Positions 9,243-16,624 of a stretch of 33,267 bases of DNA are shown here, one piece after another. Numbering within the stretch: position 1 is the stretch's first letter; each line of letters opens with the position of its first letter. Origin of the DNA: Thermoanaerobaculia bacterium. Lineage in GTDB: Bacteria > Acidobacteriota > Thermoanaerobaculia > Multivoradales > UBA5704. Position numbers and translations under genes: made by a program. The notes below the pieces were generated by a model. It was not told where the DNA came from. It saw only the letters and a list, made by a program, of their open reading frames with translations, and made no database searches. Where the stretch lies: positions 1 through 33,267 of the forward strand of contig DATNKH010000499.1 in NCBI GenBank assembly GCA_035603475.1, in the 5' to 3' direction.

Positions 9243-11270
9243 TCAGGCTGGCTTCTCTCGACTGCGCACGTCCCAGGCACGCAGTCCATCATAGCTGAAG
9301 CCTACAAAGCATGAGATAGCCGCGTTCTCGTGGCGCCCTTTGGAGAACTCGCCGCGCCCAACCCGTCCGGCGGGGACAAAAAAGGCAAATACGCCACCGT
9401 CGAGCTCGATTTCGCCCGATTGAGGTGCCTCTATCTTTGAAATCCTACCGTCGAGTCGTTTCAGTCGCTCCGTTGATGACCAGAAATCAAGATCCTCTCT
9501 CCACTCTCCAAGCTCAGCCTGATGGACCAAAGCGAGAGGACCCGCCCCTTTCCCCACCCACTCGAAGCTCTTCGTTCGATTGCGACGGCCGCGTGCGATT
9601 TGGCGACATTCTGCCATGAATAACTCAGCTTCATCACGGTGCAGCTTCGAACCTTCCAAGGCTAGAATTGTGTGTAGTACGTATAAGTAATATACGGCAT
9701 CAAGAGCGCCAGACTTGGTCTTCCAGTACGCCACACGCTCTATTGCAGTTTCGATCGGAAGAGGCGCTGGAGCGTAACGAGCTGCCTGCAGCCAAAGCCT
9801 CAGATCGCGATCATTGTACGGATCTTCCTCGAGATTATCGTTGAGCAGTTGAAGGCTCCGCTTCACCTCCTTCGGGCTGAGCTTACTCCACGTCCGCTCG
9901 TGTCTAGCCAAGTACGTCCTGATGATCTGGCGTCGCAGGGGCGGCCGATAAGCGCCCGGCTGCGCCAGGAGGCCATCCCACGCTTGCAGGGCCCGCTCGT
10001 GGTCACCGTATAAGGCATCTAGTTTTGCCCGGCATTCGACTTCGAACAAGCTTGCGCGATCACCCTCGCGATTACGCCGGACCTGCTCTAGGAGATCTTC
10101 GGCTTTTTCTAGAAGCTCGCGCATCGCTGGATCAACTGACTCGCCCTTAAGGTAACTAAACGATCCACGCTGTGAGCTGCGACCTGCATAATCCATGAGC
10201 TTCGCTATAACCTGAACCTCGCTGATATAGCCATGCTCGTCATCAGGTTCAAGAACCCGGGCTCGCTCGAAGGACTCCCGAGCCGCTTTCGCTGACAAAG
10301 TGACCGCCTCGAGCTTTTCCTTTTCCATAATAAGTTGTTCCATTTCCTTGCGAAAGACCATTCCTTTCATGTGATGAAGTAGATGATCAGTGGGCTGCAA
10401 TGCGATGGCCTTATCGAGGCATTCGAGTGCCCGGATCGGATCGCGCATCTCAATTGAGTAAAAGCGCCCGAGATGTGCTAGAAAATGCGGCTCTTCAGGA
10501 CACTGGCGAACCAACTCTTGTAAAACCCTGAGACGCCCGTCCCTGGCTGGGATATCCTCCAGCAAGTGAGAGAACTTATTGATGGCGGCAACCTCGGAGC
10601 CGATAATGTTGCTACTGTCACGGTAGACGAACATGCGTCGGAGAATCTCCAGTGGCTCTTCGCCCACAGGCCCATCGCTCGCACTGCAGAGCTCCATGAA
10701 CTCAATAGCCCTCTGTGAGACTAATTGCTTCCAAAGGCGGCGATCAGACCCCGCGGGGGCAAGCAGCTGTTCTATAATCTCCAGTGCGATAAGTTCGTGA
10801 ATCGTTCTCCAATGCCCGTGCTTCTCCTCCAGTAACAATTCCAGGGAACCGGTGGGAAGAGCAACGTCAAGACGTACTGGGTGTGTGCCTACCAGCTTCG
10901 CAAAGAGGTCCACCGGAATAGCTCGTTGCGCATAGTGATGTACCAGCGATAGATACACGAGCATTCGCTTCGCTGACGGCTCCACTTCATTAATTCTGTT
11001 ATTTACATATGACGACAGCCCGCGGAAATCCCTGCCGAAGGCAGTCAAGCCGAAATAGAAAGCAGTCTTCTGCTTGGTCTCAGTGGTCGTCGCAACTTCC
11101 TGGAGCTTCGCGCGTTTCGAGGGAGCTATTTGGGAAAACATATCGACGAATCGTCTTACTTCAACTGAATCTAGCGTGGCGGGCAGGATATGCGAGATCG
11201 TTCGTTGAACCTCTCCGAAAGTATACCTGTTGTTGTCGGAGAAACTTTCCAAAGTCCTTTCTCGGAACAC
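9243..11270 (-). CDS. Large winged-helix-like + TPR-repeat protein with a C-terminal OB/cold-shock-like beta module; no NTPase motif
   Basis: 675-aa ORF from GTG 11270 (alternative ATG 11141). N-terminal KRMLVYLSLVHHYAQRAIPVDLFAKLVG resembles the WH segment of STAND proteins. TPR-like repeats are present (e.g. AHLGRFYSIEMRDPIRALECLDKAIALQP). C-terminus is GRISKIEAPQSGEIELDGGVFAFFVPA...AISCFVGFSYDGLRAWDV. No GxxxxGK[ST] found. Confidence 0.75.
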   Translation of the reverse strand: MFRERTLESFSDNNRYTFGEVQRTISHILPATLDSVEVRRFVDMFSQIAPSKRAKLQEVATTTETKQKTAFYFGLTAFGRDFRGLSSYVNNRINEVEPSAKRMLVYLSLVHHYAQRAIPVDLFAKLVGTHPVRLDVALPTGSLELLLEEKHGHWRTIHELIALEIIEQLLAPAGSDRRLWKQLVSQRAIEFMELCSASDGPVGEEPLEILRRMFVYRDSSNIIGSEVAAINKFSHLLEDIPARDGRLRVLQELVRQCPEEPHFLAHLGRFYSIEMRDPIRALECLDKAIALQPTDHLLHHMKGMVFRKEMEQLIMEKEKLEAVTLSAKAARESFERARVLEPDDEHGYISEVQVIAKLMDYAGRSSQRGSFSYLKGESVDPAMRELLEKAEDLLEQVRRNREGDRASLFEVECRAKLDALYGDHERALQAWDGLLAQPGAYRPPLRRQIIRTYLARHERTWSKLSPKEVKRSLQLLNDNLEEDPYNDRDLRLWLQAARYAPAPLPIETAIERVAYWKTKSGALDAVYYLYVLHTILALEGSKLHRDEAELFMAECRQIARGRRNRTKSFEWVGKGAGPLALVHQAELGEWREDLDFWSSTERLKRLDGRISKIEAPQSGEIELDGGVFAFFVPAGRVGRGEFSKGRHENAAISCFVGFSYDGLRAWDVRSREKPA

Positions 11271-11631
11271 ATGGGCCTAGGCGATCGGGCAGAATCTCAA
11301 TTACGCCGAAAGAGCGACCGTCACATGCCAAGGGATAATAGGCGAACCGTGGCACAGGATGAACTCTATCCGTGAATTGCTGCTGGAGGAGAGAATCATC
11401 TGGATGCGTGTCAACTCCCAGGAGTTCGGAGACGCCGTCAGCACTCCGCCGTACCCCGGTAATGATGAAGGCCGATTTATCGCGTGGAGTGTTCGCCATG
11501 CAGATGACGTCCTTAACCAACGTAAGGCCACTGTCATCGCCATGCGATAAGGGATATGAGGTCGACTTGAAATCGAGAGCCTCACCTTCGGGCATACTAA
11601 GGAGATCAAAGAAGTCTCTCTCGGTCAACAT
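11161..11631 (-). CDS. AlbA_2 (Schlafen-core-like) domain protein
   Basis: ATG 11631 is preceded by GGGAGGG; the track ORF starts at TTG 11643. AlbA_2-type pattern: EGEALDFKS..., LVKDVICMANTPRDKSAFIITGVRRSADGVSELLGVD, ...IEILP..., QQVYFRRGSTNDLA. Confidence 0.75.
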   Translation of the reverse strand: MLTERDFFDLLSMPEGEALDFKSTSYPLSHGDDSGLTLVKDVICMANTPRDKSAFIITGVRRSADGVSELLGVDTHPDDSLLQQQFTDRVHPVPRFAYYPLACDGRSFGVIEILPDRLGPCVPRKDFGKFLRQQQVYFRRGSTNDLAYPARHARFS

Positions 11632-11906
11632 TGGCCCTCCCAAGGTGTGACCCTCGGACTTTGGAGCGGCGAGGGCCGATCACGGACGTTCCTATATTCT
11701 CATCGAGTGACGGTTGCAAGCAATGGTATTGAGTAATTGCGATGTGCCAATGTCTCTTGAGCCGCGATCGGCGGCGCTCCTCGCTCTCCGACATTTACAG
11801 TAGGAGAGGCGCAGCAGTCCTATCAACGCGAGATGATCGGCGAGCGCAACGGAGGTCTCCAAGGATCTCCGCCGCGCGAGGCCCGTTCGGAGGGATTCGC
11901 CGGAGG

Positions 11907-14045
11907 TCACGCCGGAGGCATGCGGCAGGTGTCGCCGCCGGCCGCGGGGATGTAGCACTCCTGGACGTAGTCCATCACCATACGGTCGGCGTTGTAGCGC
12001 CAGGCGAGGGTGCGGATGGCCCGCTTGACCCTGGCGATCCAGCCGCGGGGCAGGCCGGTGTCGTCGCGGCTGTAGTAAAGCGGGATCACCTCGCCCTCGA
12101 GCAGCTCGAACAGCGCCTGGGAGTCGCGCTCGTCCTGCACGCCGGGATCGGCGTGTGACTCGGCGGCGCCGATGGCGAAGCCGTTGCTGCCGTCGAAGGC
12201 CTCGGCCCACCAGCCGTCGAGGATGGAGATGTTGAGCGCGCCGTTGAGGATGCACTTCTGGCCGCTGGTGCCGCACGCCTCGAGCGGCCGGCGCGGCGTG
12301 TTGAGCCAGGCGTCCACGCCCTGCACCAGCTGGCGGCCGATGAACATCGAGTAGTTCTCGACGAACACGATGCGGCCGGCGAAGCGCGGGTCCTCCTCCA
12401 GGCGGACGATCTGCCGGGCGAGCTCCTTGCCGCCCTCGTCCTGGGGATGGGCCTTGCCGGCGTAGATGATCTGCACCGGGCGCTCCGGGTCGCCGACCAG
12501 GCGCGCCAGCCGGTCGAGGTCCCGCAGCAGCAGGTCGGCCCGCTTGTAGGTGGCGAAGCGGCGGGCGAAGCCCAGGGTGAGCGTCTCGGGGCCGAGCGGC
12601 GGCGCCGCCGGCTCGGGCAGGCCCAGGCGCCGGTGGCGGTCGGCGAGACGGCGGCGGACGAACGCCATCACCTGCGCCTTGAGCACCTGGTGCACCTCCC
12701 AGAGCTCGGCGTCGGGAATGATGTCGATCTGTTTCCAGGTCTCCGCGCTGGCGAGGTTGTCGAGCCACCGTCTGCCCAGGTAGTGGCCGATGAGGTCCTG
12801 CATGTCGCCGGCCAGCCAGGTGCTCACGTGGACTCCGTTGGTGATGTGGCCGATCGGCACCTGCTCTTCGCGGAGGCCCGGGTAGAGCACCTCCCACATC
12901 TGGCGCGACACCCGGCCATGGAGCGCCGAGACGCCGTTCGCGCGATGGCAGAGCCGCAGCGCCAGCAGCGTCGGTCCGAAGGTGCCGGCCGGATCGAAGG
13001 GAGGCTCCGATCCCAGGGCCATCACCTCGGCGATCGGCAGGCCGAGGCCGGCGGCGAGCGGCTCGAGGTGCCGCTGCGCGAGGTCGGGCGCGAAGCGGTC
13101 GTGGCCGGCGGGGACCGGGGTATGGGTGGTGAAGACGCTGGCCGTCCTCACCTCACGCAGGGCGGCCGCGGCGGCGAGGCCGTCCTCCTCGACCCGCTGC
13201 CGCGCCCACTCGAGCAAGGCAAAAGCCGAGTGCCCTTCGTTCAGGTGCAGCACCGAGGGGCGGATGCCGAGCCGGCGCAGGGCGCGAAAGCCGCCGACCC
13301 CGAGCAGGATCTCCTGCTGGATGCGGGTCTCCTGGTCGCCGCCGTAGAGCCGCCCGGTGAGCTCGCGGTCGGTGGCGGAGTTGGCGTCGTCGCGGGCGTC
13401 GAGAAGCAGGAGATCGCTGCGCCCCACCTGCACGTGCCAGACGCGCAGGTAGACCTCGCGGCCGGGCAGCTCGACCGGGAAGCGCAGCTGCTCGCCGTCC
13501 GCTCCCAGCCAGGGGTCGACCGGCAGCTCCTCGACGGCGATCGGCTCGTAGAGGTCCTGCTGCCAGCCGGTGGCGTCGATCTGCTGGTGCACATACCCCT
13601 CGTGGTAGAAAAGGCCGACGCCGACCACCGGCACCCCCAGGTCGCTCATGCTCTTGAGGTGATCGCCCGCCAGCACGCCGAGGCCGCCGGAATAGATCGG
13701 GATCGAGTGGTGCAGGCCGAACTCGGCGGAGAAGTAGGCCAGCGGCCGGGCGAGCAGCGGGCCGGCGTTGGCGATCGCCCAGTCGGCGCCGCCGCGCAGG
13801 TACTCGCCGAGCCGGCGGTGGGCCTGGTTGATGCGGGTCTGCATCTCGAGATCGTGCACGCGGCGCGAGATGTCGTCGCCCTCCATGCGTTCGAGCAGGG
13901 CCACCGGGTTGTGGTAGACCGCGCTCCAGATCTCCGGCGCCAGCTCGCGGAAGATGGCGCGGATGTCCGGCTGCCAGGACCACCACAGGTTGCGTGACAG
14001 CTCGCGCAGCTTGCGCACGACGTCGTTGGTGCTCGAGTCGGTCAT
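11907..14045 (-). CDS. glgP: Alpha-glucan (glycogen/maltodextrin) phosphorylase, GT35
   Basis: 712 aa. LWWSWQP N-terminal motif of the short alpha-glucan phosphorylase family, YSGGLGVLAGDHLKS, and PLP-lysine region EACGTSGQKCILNGALNISILDGWW. Confidence 0.92.
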   Translation of the reverse strand: MTDSSTNDVVRKLRELSRNLWWSWQPDIRAIFRELAPEIWSAVYHNPVALLERMEGDDISRRVHDLEMQTRINQAHRRLGEYLRGGADWAIANAGPLLARPLAYFSAEFGLHHSIPIYSGGLGVLAGDHLKSMSDLGVPVVGVGLFYHEGYVHQQIDATGWQQDLYEPIAVEELPVDPWLGADGEQLRFPVELPGREVYLRVWHVQVGRSDLLLLDARDDANSATDRELTGRLYGGDQETRIQQEILLGVGGFRALRRLGIRPSVLHLNEGHSAFALLEWARQRVEEDGLAAAAALREVRTASVFTTHTPVPAGHDRFAPDLAQRHLEPLAAGLGLPIAEVMALGSEPPFDPAGTFGPTLLALRLCHRANGVSALHGRVSRQMWEVLYPGLREEQVPIGHITNGVHVSTWLAGDMQDLIGHYLGRRWLDNLASAETWKQIDIIPDAELWEVHQVLKAQVMAFVRRRLADRHRRLGLPEPAAPPLGPETLTLGFARRFATYKRADLLLRDLDRLARLVGDPERPVQIIYAGKAHPQDEGGKELARQIVRLEEDPRFAGRIVFVENYSMFIGRQLVQGVDAWLNTPRRPLEACGTSGQKCILNGALNISILDGWWAEAFDGSNGFAIGAAESHADPGVQDERDSQALFELLEGEVIPLYYSRDDTGLPRGWIARVKRAIRTLAWRYNADRMVMDYVQECYIPAAGGDTCRMPPA

Positions 14046-14340
14046 GTTCTCTCCAACCGGCAGCGGCAGACCTCCCTGTCGGCCGGCGGTGCCGCCGGAG
14101 CCGGTGGATCGACGGACGGAGACGGTTCAGACCACGGCGCGGGGCGCCTAATATAACCCGAAGCCCCCGCAAGTGAAAACGGTTTCAGCGGACCCATCCG
14201 GCAGGCGATCCGGCGGCCTCGCGCGGAGCCGGGAAGGCGCCGCCGGCACAGGCTGTGCATTTTGCTGCGGCGTGCCCGCCAGGACGACGCCAGAGGTAGA
14301 CCAAGCCACGGCCGCCGGGCGACGATCGCCGGGAGCTTCG

Positions 14341-14412
14341 GCAGCGCTGGGAGCGCCGGGAGCGCCGGCAGCGCTGGGAACGGCGGGAGCTCCGGCAGCT
14401 CCCGGAGCTCCG
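14341..14412 (+). repeat. 27-bp tandem repeat, about 2.7 copies (gcagcgctgggagcgccgggagcgccg)
   Basis: Copies at 14341-14367 and 14368-14394, plus a partial copy at 14395-14412. In the treZ frame they read AALGAPGAP / AALGTAGAP / AAPGAP. Confidence 0.85.
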
Positions 14413-14424
14413 GCAGGCCGCCGG

Positions 14425-16575
14425 TTGCCGGTCGGCGCCGAGGTGGTGCCTGGCGGCGGCGTGCACTTTCGCGTCTGGGCCCCGGCCCGGCGCCGCGTCG
14501 AGGTGGCGTTCTCGACGCCCGGCGGCCGGCCTGCCGGTCTCGAGCTCGAGCGCGAGGCCGGCGGCGGCTACTTCTCTGGCTTTGCCAACACCGCGGTGGC
14601 CGGCGACCTCTACCGCTTCCGCCTCGACGGCGGCGACGCCTTCCCCGACCCCGCCTCGCGCTTCCAGCCGGACGGCCCTCACGGCCCCTCGCGGGTGGTG
14701 GACCCGGCGGCCTATCGCTGGCGCGACGCCGGCTGGCGTGGGGCGGTGCGGCAGGGGCAGGTGATCTACGAGATGCACGTCGGCACCTTCACCCGCGAGG
14801 GGACCTGGGCGGCGGCGGCGCGCCGGCTAGCCGGCCTCGCCGCTCTCGGCATCACGATGCTCGAGGTGATGCCGGTCGCCGAGTTCCCGGGGCGCTTCGG
14901 CTGGGGCTACGACGGTGTCGACCTGTTCGCTCCCACCCGTCTCTACGGCGAGCCGGACGACTTCCGCCGCTTCGTCGACGGCGCGCACCAGCTCGGCCTC
15001 GCGGTGATCCTCGACGTGGTCTACAACCACTTCGGCCCCGACGGCAACTACCTCGAGCAGTTCTCGCCCGACTACTTCACCGATCTGCACGAGAACGAGT
15101 GGGGCAGGTCGGTCCACTTCCACGGCGCCCCGGAGGTGCGCGAGCTGTTCGTCGCCAACGCCGCCTACTGGATCGACGAGTACCACCTGGATGGCCTGCG
15201 GCTCGACGCCACCCAGAGCATCCACGACCGTCCCGGCGGCGACCTCCGCCAGGACGGCCCTGCCGGCCACGGCCGGGAGCACATCCTGGCCGCGATCGGC
15301 CGCGCCGCGCGACGGGCCGCGGCGGCGCTGCCGCCCGGCCGCTCGGTGCTGCTGGTGGCGGAGAACGAGCCCCAGGACAGCCGCCTGATCCGCCCGCCGG
15401 AGCAGGGCGGCCACGGTCTCGACGCGATCTGGTGCGACGACTTCCATCATGCCGCCAGGGTGGCGCTGACCGGCCGCGATGAGGCCTACTACGGCGACTA
15501 CCGGGGATCGCCGCGGGAGCTGCTGGCGGCCGCCAAGTTCGGGCCGCTATACCAGGGGCAGCGCTATCGCTGGCAGCGGCGGCGGCGCGGCACGCCCGCC
15601 CTCGACCTCCCGCGGTCCGCTTACGTCTTCTATCTCGAGAACCACGACCAGGTCGCCAACTCGGCGCGCGGTGAGCGCCTCCACCGTCTCGCCAGCCCGG
15701 GCTGCTACCGGGCCCTGACCGCGCTGCTGCTGCTCGGTCCGGCCACTCCCATGCTCTTCCAGGGCCAGGAGGCCGCCGCGGCGGCGCCCTTCGTCTTCTT
15801 CGCCGATCACCAGCCACCCCTGGCCAGCGCCGTGCGCCGCGGGCGGCAGGCGTTCCTGGCCCAATTCCCGAGCCTCGCCGACCCGGCGGTGCAGGCCGCG
15901 ATCCCCGACCCCGCGGCGCCGGCCACTTTCGCGCTCTGCAAGCTCGATCCGGACGACGGGGACGACTCCGGCGTCCCGGGAGGCTCCGGCTTCCCCGGCG
16001 GCCCGGGAAGCTCCGCCCGGCTTCGCCAGCGCCGGCAGGAGGCCGCGGCCGCCCTGGCGCTGCATCGCGACCTGCTGCGCCTGCGCCGCGAGGACCCGGT
16101 CTTCCGGCTGCAAGCGGCCGCCGGGATCGACGGCGCGGTGCTCGGACCGGCGGCCCTGGTGCTGCGCTGGTTCGCGCCGCCGCCGGGAGAGAGTGGCGGA
16201 GCCGGCGAGGGCGGCGGGGCCGGAGGGGCCGGCGAGGCCGACGGCGGCTCGGCCGGCGATCGCCTGCTGCTGATCAACCTCGGCGCCGACCTCGAGCTCG
16301 ACCCGGCGCCGGAGCCGCTGCTGGCGCCTCCCGCCGGTGCGCGCTGGCAGGTGCTGTGGTCGAGCGAGGACCCGCGCTACGGCGGCACCGGCGCGCCGCC
16401 GCCCGAGGACGCCGCGGGCGGCTGGCGCCTGCCCGGCCAGGCCGCCGTCGCTCTCGCTCCGGCGCCGCGAGAGCCGTACCGGGAGAACGACGAGCGCGAC
16501 GACCGCGACGACCGCGACGAGAGGGGCCAAAGGGGAGCCGCGAGGGATGGGAAGGTCCCTGGAGGGCGGGCGTGA
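14425..16575 (+). CDS. treZ: Malto-oligosyltrehalose trehalohydrolase (GH13)
   Basis: VHFRVWAPARRRVEV, YEMHVGTFT, GWGYDGV, VILDVVYNHFGPDGNY, GLRLDA, AENEPQD, YLENHDQ. The ORF is open from GTG 14173, but the first 84 codons are Ala/Gly/Pro repeat. In-frame TTG 14425 gives a canonical TreZ N-terminus. Start uncertain. Confidence 0.85.
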   Translation: MPVGAEVVPGGGVHFRVWAPARRRVEVAFSTPGGRPAGLELEREAGGGYFSGFANTAVAGDLYRFRLDGGDAFPDPASRFQPDGPHGPSRVVDPAAYRWRDAGWRGAVRQGQVIYEMHVGTFTREGTWAAAARRLAGLAALGITMLEVMPVAEFPGRFGWGYDGVDLFAPTRLYGEPDDFRRFVDGAHQLGLAVILDVVYNHFGPDGNYLEQFSPDYFTDLHENEWGRSVHFHGAPEVRELFVANAAYWIDEYHLDGLRLDATQSIHDRPGGDLRQDGPAGHGREHILAAIGRAARRAAAALPPGRSVLLVAENEPQDSRLIRPPEQGGHGLDAIWCDDFHHAARVALTGRDEAYYGDYRGSPRELLAAAKFGPLYQGQRYRWQRRRRGTPALDLPRSAYVFYLENHDQVANSARGERLHRLASPGCYRALTALLLLGPATPMLFQGQEAAAAAPFVFFADHQPPLASAVRRGRQAFLAQFPSLADPAVQAAIPDPAAPATFALCKLDPDDGDDSGVPGGSGFPGGPGSSARLRQRRQEAAAALALHRDLLRLRREDPVFRLQAAAGIDGAVLGPAALVLRWFAPPPGESGGAGEGGGAGGAGEADGGSAGDRLLLINLGADLELDPAPEPLLAPPAGARWQVLWSSEDPRYGGTGAPPPEDAAGGWRLPGQAAVALAPAPREPYRENDERDDRDDRDERGQRGAARDGKVPGGRA
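16489..16524 (+). repeat. 9-bp tandem repeat x4 (gacgagcgc gacgaccgc gacgaccgc gacgagagg) in the treZ C-terminal tail
   Basis: Read directly from the sequence. Encodes DER-DDR-DDR-DER. Confidence 0.85.
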
Positions 16576-16624
16576 GCGCCGAGACGCGAGCGACGGAGAC
16601 GGCCATGAGCGAGGAGAGCCGGAG

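Larger units (their letters stand above)
9243..11830. other. AT-rich islet (compositionally foreign segment) carrying the two genes below
   Basis: Visible drop in G+C. For example, row 10321-10380 has 21 G+C of 60, while row 12001-12060 in neighbouring glgP has 46 of 60 (counted by hand). No integrase, tRNA or clear flanking direct repeats seen. Confidence 0.65.

Noticed and set aside
11606-11794. 62-aa minus-strand ORF upstream of and overlapping the AlbA_2 gene start
   Set aside because: No SD and no recognisable fold, and it overlaps the better-supported AlbA_2 start. It could conceivably be a small regulator, but I cannot support it.
9101-11906. Flanking direct repeats (att-like) around the AT-rich islet
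   Set aside because: Comparing 9100-9290 with 11640-11906 by eye gave only an 8-mer (cggaggga) in common, which is not significant.
11692-14172. Minus-strand off-frame ORFs 11692..12897 and 13153..14172, and plus-strand ORF 12447..13997
   Set aside because: They overlap glgP in other frames or on the other strand. Pro/Arg/Gly-rich translations with no motifs.
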